The position numbers and the translations under genes were made by a program. From an uncultured Acidobacteriota bacterium (GTDB taxonomy: Bacteria; Acidobacteriota; Vicinamibacteria; Vicinamibacterales; CAVPJW01), in NCBI GenBank assembly GCA_963826865.1, contig CAWGYQ010000007.1:103725-167724 (forward strand): a stretch of 64,000 bases of DNA. Direction: 5' to 3'. Positions 52,987 through 61,104 of this stretch are shown here, piece after piece. The notes beneath the pieces were generated by a model. The model had not been told where the DNA came from. It did not search any database and saw only the letters and a program-made list of their open reading frames with translations. The stretch's first letter is position 1; the number at the start of each line of letters is the position of its first letter.

Positions 52987-54831
52987 CTACGCCCGATCCG
53001 GAAACACACCGGCAGGTTGTGCCCCGGCGTCGGCGCGGGGATCGCGCGGCAATTCGATGCGGACTTCGCAGCCGCTCGGAGAGGTGCTCGTGACGGTGAT
53101 GCTGCCTCCCAGGCCTTCCACGATGTTTCTCGCAATGGGGAGGCCGAGCCCCGTGCCGCGGCGTTTGGTGGTGAAGTACGGGTCGAAAATTCGCGACGCG
53201 TCATGCAGTTCGATGCCGATCCCTCGATCGCGGACGGAAATGATCGCGCGTCCTGACGCGCCGACGGCGGTCGACATCACGACGTCGTCCAGCTCGGCAA
53301 CCGCCACGGCCGCTCCCTCTTCGGACTTCGAAGCGCGCGAGCGTCGAGCCTGCTGAGCGGCCACGGCGTGCCGGGCGTTGGCGAGCACGTTGACGAGCGC
53401 CAGCCGCAGGCGCTCCGGGTCCGTCACCACCAGCGGCAACGAGGAGTCTGGCTGGAACCGGCAGGCCACGGCCGCATCGTCTGCGGTCGCCGCCCCCATG
53501 GCTTCACGGCACAGCCGGTTCAAATCGCACTCGGAGTATTCGAACTGGATCGGCTTCGCGAAATCGAGGACGTCGTTGACCACGCGGTTCAGCCGCGCAA
53601 CTTCCTCGTCGATGTCAGCCACGGCTTCGCCGCGTTCCTGGCGCGTCGTGTCGTCCCGCTTGAGTACGCGAAGTGAGCCTTTGATGATCATCAGCGGATT
53701 GCGAATCTCGTGCGCCACGACGGTCGAGAGCCGACCGAGTGACGAGAGCCGTTCCCGTTGGGCGGCCTCGCGCTGAAAGCGGGCAATGGAATCGGTGAGC
53801 CTGTTGAAGGTCGCCGCCAGCAGGCGCGCGTCCTCGTCGTCCCATCCGGCGCGGCTGGTCAACGTAATCTTCCGGGTCAGGTCGCCCGTGGCGGCCATCT
53901 CACGCATCCCTGCCGTAATCGCGGCCAGTGGCCGTGTCACCGTGCGTGCCACGGCATAGCTCAGGACGGTGCCGAGAAATACCGCCAGCAGCGCCGTTCC
54001 AGCCAGCGCGGTATGAATGGCGTTCAGAAAGCGCAGGCGCTCGGTGCGCGATCGCAGAATCAGCGCGGTCGGATTCGTGGTCACCTGTCCCGTGGCGGTA
54101 CCGAAGGGTCGGGAAAGAGCCACGTACTCGTCGCCGCCGATGCGCGTACGCACCATGCTGCCGGCCCCCAGCAGGCCCGCGAGCAGGGGGCGCTCGACGT
54201 CGGGAAGCGTGGTCGCGCGAATCTGCCCGTCCATGGCGAACGCAATCTCGCTGTCGGTCAGTGTTCGAAACTGCGCGGCCAGCTCGTTGTCGAGCAGAAA
54301 CCCGACACTCAAGGCCCCGAGCAGTTCCGGCGGCTCGAGCCCGATGGAGATCGGTACGGTGACGACCTGCAGCACACCGTTCGGATGCGGCCAGAAGCCG
54401 CTGACGACCTCGCCGGCCAGCGCCCGCTCGGCGGCCGGCCAGGAGGCCGCGATGTCGCCCACTGTCGGCGGCCGGCCAATGGCCGCCAGCACGCGTCCTG
54501 AGCGGTTCGTCACCACCAGCAGCGCGGCGCGAAGCTGACGCTGATAGTCGCCGGCGACCGGGTGGACCGTCGGCGGGTCGTCGGTTGCCACGGCTGCCTT
54601 GAGCTTCGGGAGATCCGCGATGGTGCGGGCGAGCAGCGTGTAGGTGTCGAGCAGCGTGGCTCGATGCTGGTCGAGGAGCGTGGCGGCTTCCTCCAGGCCG
54701 CGTTGGAGTTCCCGCTCGGCCTCGGCCGTGACGCGAACGTTCACGAAATAGATGGCGAAGGCGATCGCCAGCACGGCCAGGGCGGCGCTGGCCAGAAAGA
54801 TGCGATTGGTGAGCGAAGAGAGAAGCTTCAT
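52987..54831 (-). CDS. sensor histidine kinase
   Basis: ATG 54831 within ORF 52987..54948 gives MKLLSSLTNRIFLASAALAVLAIAFAIYF (TM), a second TM segment, the H-box STVVAHEIRNPL, the N-box LVNVLANARHA, DRGIGI and GTGLGLPIA. Confidence 0.88.
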   Translation of the reverse strand: MKLLSSLTNRIFLASAALAVLAIAFAIYFVNVRVTAEAERELQRGLEEAATLLDQHRATLLDTYTLLARTIADLPKLKAAVATDDPPTVHPVAGDYQRQLRAALLVVTNRSGRVLAAIGRPPTVGDIAASWPAAERALAGEVVSGFWPHPNGVLQVVTVPISIGLEPPELLGALSVGFLLDNELAAQFRTLTDSEIAFAMDGQIRATTLPDVERPLLAGLLGAGSMVRTRIGGDEYVALSRPFGTATGQVTTNPTALILRSRTERLRFLNAIHTALAGTALLAVFLGTVLSYAVARTVTRPLAAITAGMREMAATGDLTRKITLTSRAGWDDEDARLLAATFNRLTDSIARFQREAAQRERLSSLGRLSTVVAHEIRNPLMIIKGSLRVLKRDDTTRQERGEAVADIDEEVARLNRVVNDVLDFAKPIQFEYSECDLNRLCREAMGAATADDAAVACRFQPDSSLPLVVTDPERLRLALVNVLANARHAVAAQQARRSRASKSEEGAAVAVAELDDVVMSTAVGASGRAIISVRDRGIGIELHDASRIFDPYFTTKRRGTGLGLPIARNIVEGLGGSITVTSTSPSGCEVRIELPRDPRADAGAQPAGVFPDRA

Positions 54832-54860
54832 GCGCAGTCGGTCAGAGGGGCATCGAGACG

Positions 54861-55571
54861 CTATTGAATGATGAAGTCGACCTCGGCCGCGCTGCCGTCT
54901 GACGGTACGACGACCGTCCGCGTCTGACGATTCTCGCCGTCGTTCCACGCATTCACCGTATACACGCCCGGTGGCACCCCGGCGATTCGATAGCGACCGT
55001 CGGTATCGGTCAGCGCAAAAAATCGATGGCTGAACACGAGTACGAACGCGCTCATGTGCGAGTGAATGTCGCAGAAGACCCGGACGATGCCGGGCCGGTC
55101 GAATCGCACCGATTTCGAATCGCCCCTCGGATAGCGACCGAGATCGAAGCGCTTGGTCTTCGACAGCGAGAATACGTTGTGGTAGATCCGATCGCTATTG
55201 GGAAACTCCACGACGGTGCCGACGGTCACAGCCAGCACATAGGGCACGAATGTCTCATTGCGCTGATCGAGCGTCGCCCGTGCGCGTTCGAGATCCTCGA
55301 ACGCACCGCCTGGAGCCGTCTCCAGGTACACGACCGATCGGGTGCGATCCGCGAAATCGCGCCCCCCCGGCATGCCGAGCTCACTGACACCTGGCCGTCG
55401 CTCGGTCGCAGCGGGCACGCGGCGCACGTCCACGCGTCCCCGAATCATCCCGCGAACAGCCGACGGCTGCGACTGTGCGGCCAGGACGAGCGTGCCGGAC
55501 ATGACGGCCATGACGGCGATGAGCGGGGGGATTCCACGCCGTCGGGATGAGGCTTCCATTTTCAGAACCAT
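54861..55571 (-). CDS. secreted cupredoxin-like + carboxypeptidase-regulatory-like domain protein
   Basis: 236 aa. Signal-like PLIAVMAVMSGTLVLAA, FPNSDRIYHNVFS...FDLGRYPRG...VFCDIHSHM (cupredoxin-type ligand pattern), then TDTDGRYRIAGVPPGVYTVNAW. Confidence 0.65.
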   Translation of the reverse strand: MVLKMEASSRRRGIPPLIAVMAVMSGTLVLAAQSQPSAVRGMIRGRVDVRRVPAATERRPGVSELGMPGGRDFADRTRSVVYLETAPGGAFEDLERARATLDQRNETFVPYVLAVTVGTVVEFPNSDRIYHNVFSLSKTKRFDLGRYPRGDSKSVRFDRPGIVRVFCDIHSHMSAFVLVFSHRFFALTDTDGRYRIAGVPPGVYTVNAWNDGENRQTRTVVVPSDGSAAEVDFIIQ

Positions 55572-56763
55572 ATTGAAGCTGTGCCGCGACGATCCCGAGG
55601 CGTCGGTATTCGTCGCTGTCGCGCCAGTTGAACTGGTACGTCAGCTTGGCGATGACGGTGCGTTGCAGGTAGTACCCGGCACCGGCCTCGACACGCGTGA
55701 CCGGCGCATCCCACGTCACGAGGCGGCCGCCGCTCTCGAGGCGACTGAAGTCCTGCCGATCGACTCGACCGGCCACGAAGAGCCCGGGGCCAACCTTGTA
55801 GCGGGCCTCCGCCAGCCAGGCCGACGTGCGAACATCGCCGATGCCCGGCATCTTCCACGCGCTCAACAGCCATTCAGCGCGGAGCAACCAGTATCCAGCC
55901 GAATATTCAGCGTCGAGCCCGGCGACGCGCTGCGTGAATTCGCCAATGGTTCGCCCCTCCGGCAGCACCTCCGCGAGATCTCTGGACAGATAGGGCCCCC
56001 GTGCGCCCGATATCCCAATCACGAGGCCGGTGATCGGACGAGCCGCCACGCGCGTGGACACCTGGGGCCCGTCGTTATCGTCGCGAATGCGCGGGTCGCC
56101 GAGGGTGCCAGTCGTCACGGCCACGCTTGCTTCGAGCGGAGAGTCGCCCACCCTGAGCTGGACTCCCGTGTCCCAGCGAAAGGCCGAGACCATCGGCAGT
56201 CCTGCGGCAGCAACGTCGGCGCCGAGCGAATACGAGACCAGCCAACCTTCTCCGCGCAGGCTGAGCAGCTCGTCGACCGATGCGGGCAGCGCGTCCGGCC
56301 GAATCGTGGTCAGATACTGATAGGCGAGGGGGTAGCCGATGAGGGGATTGTCGGTTTCGTAGGCGCGCCGGGCGAAAGCCCCGAAATTCGGCGGGATGCG
56401 TCCGGCCTGGATGTCGATCGGACGGTCTTTCCACGGGTGCACGCGCACATAGAAGGCGTACGGCTGGACGCCGTCCCAATTCTCGGTCCGGATCTCGCCG
56501 AGCACGAACACCCGATCCGTCGCCCTGAGCGCGGCGCTCATGCCCAGCCGGATCAAACGCAGGGTGTTGTGCTCGTAATCGGTGTAGTTGAACCAGCCAG
56601 GGTCGTCTTTGTTCGACGAAACAGACACCGAGGCCTGGCCGCTGACCACAAGGCGTCCGTCACCGAGACTGATCGGCTCGGAGGGGAGACCCTGAGCCCG
56701 CGCCAGGGAAGGAAGCGCGAGTGTCAGCGCGAAGGCGACGGCCACGAGAGGCACGCTACTCAT
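55562..56763 (-). CDS. outer-membrane beta-barrel (porin-like) protein; probable missing base at the last codons
   Basis: ATG 56763 gives MSSVPLVAVAFALTLALPSLARAQG, followed by alternating beta-strand patterns. As sequenced the ORF runs on to 55381 through a low-complexity tail that overlaps the next gene. Adding one T in GGTTCTGA (55562-55569) gives ...IVAAQLQYGF-stop, a classic OMP terminus, with an ATG...TGA overlap onto the next gene. Confidence 0.6.
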
Positions 56764-56789
56764 CTGGCTGACCGCAAAGACAGGCCACA

Positions 56790-56797
56790 ATTATAAT
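56790..56797. promoter_or_regulatory. palindromic -10-like element ATTATAAT in divergent intergenic region
   Basis: Reads TATAAT on both strands, between the minus-strand porin operon (ATG 56763) and the plus-strand gene at 56852. No convincing -35 on either side. Confidence 0.3.
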
Positions 56798-56851
56798 GCG
56801 CCGTCTCTTTCCGTCCGGATCCGGGCCTCGTCCCTGGTCGTGATTTCTCCA

Positions 56852-57328
56852 ATGCTCGTCATCCTGGCCCTTCTTTCGTGGGCCCAAGCCGCGCCACCCA
56901 TCCGCTCGATCAGCCTGCCCCGACTGCTGGCGACGCTGAAACTTGGCGAGCAGAGCCCGCCGCTGGCCCGGCAGTTCACGCCTCGTCATGCCCCGATTGG
57001 GACCTATGAAGTCTTCGTTACGGATGAGCCGATCGATCGCATGACGAGCAGACTGCAGCGACTGGCTGGGAGCGACGAGCTCCAGGGCGCCTGGCTGGCG
57101 GCGCCCGCCGAAATCTGGGAAGCCTTCGGCACTGTGGGACCCTATGATCGCGGCCGGCTCGCCCGCTTGTACGGCGGAAGGCGGCCGTGGCTCGCGCGGG
57201 GTCCCGTGATTCGCTCGGGCGCCGTCGTCGCGTCGCTGACGCTCATCAGTCCTCATCCGGACGCGGATCTGACGAGGCTCGAGCCTGGCACGATGACGAT
57301 TGCCACGGACCTGCGCCAGCTGCCTTGA
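56852..57328 (+). CDS. secreted hypothetical protein
   Basis: ATG 56852 within ORF 56840..57328 gives MLVILALLSWAQAAPP (signal-like). No family recognised. Confidence 0.5.
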   Translation: MLVILALLSWAQAAPPIRSISLPRLLATLKLGEQSPPLARQFTPRHAPIGTYEVFVTDEPIDRMTSRLQRLAGSDELQGAWLAAPAEIWEAFGTVGPYDRGRLARLYGGRRPWLARGPVIRSGAVVASLTLISPHPDADLTRLEPGTMTIATDLRQLP

Positions 57329-57408
57329 CCCGACTGAACCGTGCGGATAGAGTGAACAGAGACAACAACTTGCACCGTTGCACCCGCAACGGAATGATGT
57401 GGGGGCGA

Positions 57409-57684
57409 GTGGCGTATATCATTTGCGAGCCGTGCGTGGGAACGAAGGATACCGCGTGCGTGGATGTCTGTCCGGTGGACTGCATCCATCCCCGCAAGGG
57501 CGAACCGGGTTTTGCCGCTGCGGAAATGCTCTACATTCATCCCGATGAATGCATCGACTGCGGCGCCTGCGTCCCGGCGTGCCCGGTAGAAGCCATTTTT
57601 TCTCTCGACGAGACGCCAGACAAATGGGCGGACTACATCGTCACCAATGCGCGGTATTATCAGGAAGCGTCGGCCGAGCGCTGA
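57409..57684 (+). CDS. ferredoxin (FdxA-like, two Fe-S cluster motifs)
   Basis: A GTG at 57409 gives (M)AYIICEPCVGTKDTACVDVCPVDCIH and later CIDCGACVPACP. ATGs at 57394/57397 are alternative starts. Confidence 0.8.
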   Translation: MAYIICEPCVGTKDTACVDVCPVDCIHPRKGEPGFAAAEMLYIHPDECIDCGACVPACPVEAIFSLDETPDKWADYIVTNARYYQEASAER

Positions 57685-57714
57685 AGCCGTCCAGGAGCTA
57701 GGGACCGTCACCTT

Positions 57715-58251
57715 ATGGGCCTTCTCGAGCATCGCTTTGAAGACAACTTCATCACCACCAATCTCGACAAGGTGTTGAATTGGGCGCGTGAATCCTCGCT
57801 GTGGCCCATGGGCTTCGGCCTGGCGTGCTGCGCCATCGAGATGATGGCGGCCTCCGCCTCCCGGTACGACATTGCCCGGTTTGGAGCCGAGGTGTTTCGT
57901 GCCTCGCCGAGGCAGGCGGACCTGCTCATCGTGGCGGGCACCGTCACCAAGAAGATGGCGCCTGTGCTTCGGCGGCTCTACGACCAGATGCCCGAGCCCA
58001 AATGGGTGATCTCGATGGGCAGCTGCTCGAATGCCGGTGGGCCTTTCCCCACTTACAGTGTGCTTCAGGGCGTCGACAAGATCGTGCCCGTGGATGTGTA
58101 TGTCTCAGGCTGCCCTCCGCGCCCGGAAGCCTTGCTGTACGGGCTGATGCGCCTGCAGGACAAGATTCGCAAGGAAGGCACGGTGCTCCGGCGTGAGCGC
58201 GTGATTCGGCTGGGTGAGTCGGAGCCGGTTCTCGTGGGAGAGCGTGCGTGA
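57715..58251 (+). CDS. nuoB: NADH-quinone oxidoreductase subunit B (NuoB / NiFe-hydrogenase small-subunit-like)
   Basis: 178 aa. [41 protein letters not shown] (the N2 cluster cysteines). Confidence 0.9.
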   Translation: MGLLEHRFEDNFITTNLDKVLNWARESSLWPMGFGLACCAIEMMAASASRYDIARFGAEVFRASPRQADLLIVAGTVTKKMAPVLRRLYDQMPEPKWVISMGSCSNAGGPFPTYSVLQGVDKIVPVDVYVSGCPPRPEALLYGLMRLQDKIRKEGTVLRRERVIRLGESEPVLVGERA

Positions 58252-58709
58252 AGGACTTTCTCCGCCGAATCTTTCTGATCGATCTCCTCAAGGGACTCTG
58301 GGTCACGCTGCGATACACGCCGCAGCCCGCGTTCACGTTTCAGTACCCGGCTGAGCGCCGTCCCGTCGCTCCGCGGTTTCGCGGCGTGCTGCGTCTTCAG
58401 GTCGAGCCCGAAACTGGCGCGGCTACCTGTATCGTCTGCGACCAGTGCGCGAAGGCGTGCCCGGACGACCTCATTGCGCTCGGCGGCCACCGGGAGCCCG
58501 GACAGAAGATCAAGGTGCTCGACTACTTCGATTTCAATCTTTCGCGCTGCAGTTTCTGTGGCCTCTGTTCGGAGGTCTGTCCGACCAAGCCGATCAAGGC
58601 CCTCATCATGAGTGAGGACTACGAGCTGGGGACCTACAGCCGTGAGACGCAGATTCTCAGAATCGACGAGATGTACGACGGGGTGCCCATCGAGCAGTAC
58701 ACGCGCTGA
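58248..58709 (+). CDS. nuoI: NADH-quinone oxidoreductase subunit I (2x[4Fe-4S])
   Basis: 153 aa. [42 protein letters not shown] overlap with nuoB. Confidence 0.88.
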   Translation: MKDFLRRIFLIDLLKGLWVTLRYTPQPAFTFQYPAERRPVAPRFRGVLRLQVEPETGAATCIVCDQCAKACPDDLIALGGHREPGQKIKVLDYFDFNLSRCSFCGLCSEVCPTKPIKALIMSEDYELGTYSRETQILRIDEMYDGVPIEQYTR

Positions 58710-58786
58710 CCGCGGGCGGCCCGGCCGCCTCGATTCTCTGTCCGGAGGGACGCTCCCAGCGCGCCCTCCGCAATCCTGAGGGAACC

Positions 58787-60316
58787 GTGAGCCTCATTCT
58801 CAGGCTTCTTGCGGCCGCCGCCCTCATCGCCGGCACCGCTGCGGCGGTCCCGCGTCTCCTCGCCGGCTCTTCCGACCTCGCGGAGATTCAGCTTCAGCTC
58901 GGCAATCAGCTGTTCCAGGAAGCGCGTTATCTCGAAGCGCTCGACGCCTATGAGCGAGCGCTGCGGGACGGCGAAGGGCCAACCTTGGTTCGTGCGCGCA
59001 TGGGTGTGGTGCGCACGTCCCTTCGGGTGGCGGAGTTTTCCCGGGCCCGGGCAGAAGCCGCCGATCTCCTCAAGACTCGCGCGGACGACGTGGAGATCGT
59101 GGCCCTATACGGCGACGCCCTGTGGGCCACCGGGCTCTTTGTCGAGGCGGAGGATGTGTTTCGCGACGCGCTCGCGCTCGACCCCGAGTACGGACGTGCG
59201 CGGCACGGGCTCGCCCGCGCGCTGGCCGCCAGGGGCCGTCTCCAGGAAGCCCTGAATGAAGCCCGGGCGGCGCTCAAAACCAGCCCGAATGACGCCGAGA
59301 TCCACCACACCACTGGCGACGTGCTCGAGCGGCTCCGGCGGTTCGACGAGGCCAGCGAAGCCCTCACGCAGTATCTCAACCTGCTGCCCAACCGAGACCG
59401 GAGCGTCAAAGCCGCCTGGGCACGCAACGAGATCGAGTTTCTCCGATCGTTTGCAGGGCGCACGCCGTTTGACATCCCTGATCGGGCCCGAGGCGTGCTC
59501 CACACGCTTCCCTTCAGGCTGATTCGAGACAAGGTCGTCGTGCGCGGCCGCATCAACGACGATCAGAACCTGGACTTCGTCGTCGACACGGGTTCGGAGC
59601 AGACGGTCATCGCGGAACGTACGGCGAGCCGCATGGGTGTGCGGCCGATCGTTCGCACGCTCAGTGCCGGGATCGGCGAGGTCGGATTCCGCGGCTTGCA
59701 GCTGGGACGGCTCGATTCGCTCATGATCGGGACGATGCGCCTCGAGAACGTCCCTGTGCTGATCAAGAGCCCCGCCCTGCGCGGGATTCCAGTGCGGGAG
59801 GGTGAGAGTTTCTCGCCCCTGGCGCTCGGCTTGTCGATGACGATCGACTATGGCCGGCGTCAGCTGACGATCGCCTCGACCATCCCGGAGGAGCCGTTCG
59901 ATTTCGAGCTGCCGCTGCGCGTGCACCGCCTGGCGCTCGTCCGCGGAACGGTCGAGGGCGATCCGGTGAACTTCATCATCGACACCGGCGGCGAAGTCAT
60001 CTCGATCAGCACCGACACGGCCAGCTCAATCGAACGCGAGCCACAGTCTCGACGAATCCCCCTCAAGGTCTACGGGACATCCGGCTGGGATCGCGACGCG
60101 TTTCTGATGCCGGGGGTCAACCTGGCGTTCGATCAGATCCAGTTCCGCAATTTCCCGCTGGTCGTTCTCAACCTGCGGGCGCCGAGCGTCTTGCTCGGCT
60201 TCCAGGTGGGTGGCATCGTCGGCCACCGGTTTCTCAGCAAGTACCGTGTCGGAGTCGATCTCGATCGCAGCGTGCTGCGTCTCACGAAGCTGAGCGTCCC
60301 CCCGCGCACCGGGTGA
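58787..60316 (+). CDS. secreted TPR-repeat protein with tandem retropepsin-like aspartyl protease domains
   Basis: 509 aa. Signal-like N-terminus, TPR-type repeats (YLEALDAYERAL, GDALWATGLF, ARHGLARALAARG), then two D-T-G motifs (FVVDTGSEQTVI and FIIDTGGEVISI). Confidence 0.7.
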   Translation: MSLILRLLAAAALIAGTAAAVPRLLAGSSDLAEIQLQLGNQLFQEARYLEALDAYERALRDGEGPTLVRARMGVVRTSLRVAEFSRARAEAADLLKTRADDVEIVALYGDALWATGLFVEAEDVFRDALALDPEYGRARHGLARALAARGRLQEALNEARAALKTSPNDAEIHHTTGDVLERLRRFDEASEALTQYLNLLPNRDRSVKAAWARNEIEFLRSFAGRTPFDIPDRARGVLHTLPFRLIRDKVVVRGRINDDQNLDFVVDTGSEQTVIAERTASRMGVRPIVRTLSAGIGEVGFRGLQLGRLDSLMIGTMRLENVPVLIKSPALRGIPVREGESFSPLALGLSMTIDYGRRQLTIASTIPEEPFDFELPLRVHRLALVRGTVEGDPVNFIIDTGGEVISISTDTASSIEREPQSRRIPLKVYGTSGWDRDAFLMPGVNLAFDQIQFRNFPLVVLNLRAPSVLLGFQVGGIVGHRFLSKYRVGVDLDRSVLRLTKLSVPPRTG

Positions 60317-60801
60317 GCATGGATCTCACCCCGAAGCCGGCTTCCGAGTCGGCTACCGAGATGGTGCAGGTCGTCCTGCCCAACGACGCCAATCCGCTCG
60401 GCTACATCCTCGGCGGCACGGTGATGCATCTCATCGACATTGCCGCCGCCATTGCGGCGCACCGTCACACGCGCAGTCTGCTCGTCACGGCCGCGGTGGA
60501 CGGCTTGCAGTTCCTGCACCCGATCAAGGTGGGCGATCTCATCATCCTCGAGTCGCGGGTGACGTGTGCGTTCAACACATCGCTCGAAGTCGAGGTCCAC
60601 GTGTTCTCGGAGGAGACCCTGACGGGGCGCCGTCAGCTGACCAGCCACGCGTTTCTCACCTTCGTGTCGGTGTCACGAGAGGGCGCACGGCTTCGTGTGC
60701 CCCCGCTTCGGCTCGACACCGACGACGACCGCCTTCGCTCGGAAGAAGCGCACCGGCGGCGGGCCGAGCGTCTGCGCAAACGGCACGGCAGCGAGCCTTG
60801 A
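60313..60801 (+). CDS. acyl-CoA thioesterase (hotdog fold)
   Basis: 162 aa. VLPNDANPLGYILGGTVMHLIDIAAAIAA and VTAAVDGLQFLHPIKVGD are typical of YciA/Acot-type thioesterases. Confidence 0.8.
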   Translation: MSMDLTPKPASESATEMVQVVLPNDANPLGYILGGTVMHLIDIAAAIAAHRHTRSLLVTAAVDGLQFLHPIKVGDLIILESRVTCAFNTSLEVEVHVFSEETLTGRRQLTSHAFLTFVSVSREGARLRVPPLRLDTDDDRLRSEEAHRRRAERLRKRHGSEP

Positions 60802-60828
60802 GCACGCCGGGCGAGCCCGACCTGCCGT

Positions 60829-61065
60829 TCAGTTTCTGGTGTGGTGGTCGATGAACACGCGCAGGCGGCTGCGAAGTTCCGGCGGCAGATCGTCTTCGCT
60901 CAGCGAGCCCAGCAACGACACCGTCGAGCGGTAGGTGTGGACGTACTGCACGCAGCTCCCGCAGGCTGCGAGGTGATCCTCGAGCTCGGCGTGGAGCTCA
61001 GGCGACAGCCGGCCTTCCAGATAGTCGAAGAGCAGACGCAGAAGCTCGGAGCAGCAAGCCATCAC
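60829..61065 (-). CDS. zf-HC2 (anti-sigma-factor-type zinc finger) small protein
   Basis: 78 aa. C-x...LEDHLAACGSCVQY matches the H-x3-C-x2-C anti-sigma zinc-finger pattern. No TM segment, and no ECF sigma gene in the window. Confidence 0.6.
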   Translation of the reverse strand: MMACCSELLRLLFDYLEGRLSPELHAELEDHLAACGSCVQYVHTYRSTVSLLGSLSEDDLPPELRSRLRVFIDHHTRN

Positions 61066-61104
61066 CGTCCGCTCATCGAGCCTCGGCCATTCACCCGCCT
61101 CACT

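Noticed and set aside
56774-56787. Sigma54-type -24/-12 element (minus strand TGGCCTGTCTTTGC) upstream of the porin operon that encodes a bEBP.
   Set aside because: The GG-to-GC spacing is one base shorter than the strict consensus (TGGCAC-N5-TTGC), and the element would place the start site almost on the ATG. It is kept only as a remark, given the indel-prone sequence.
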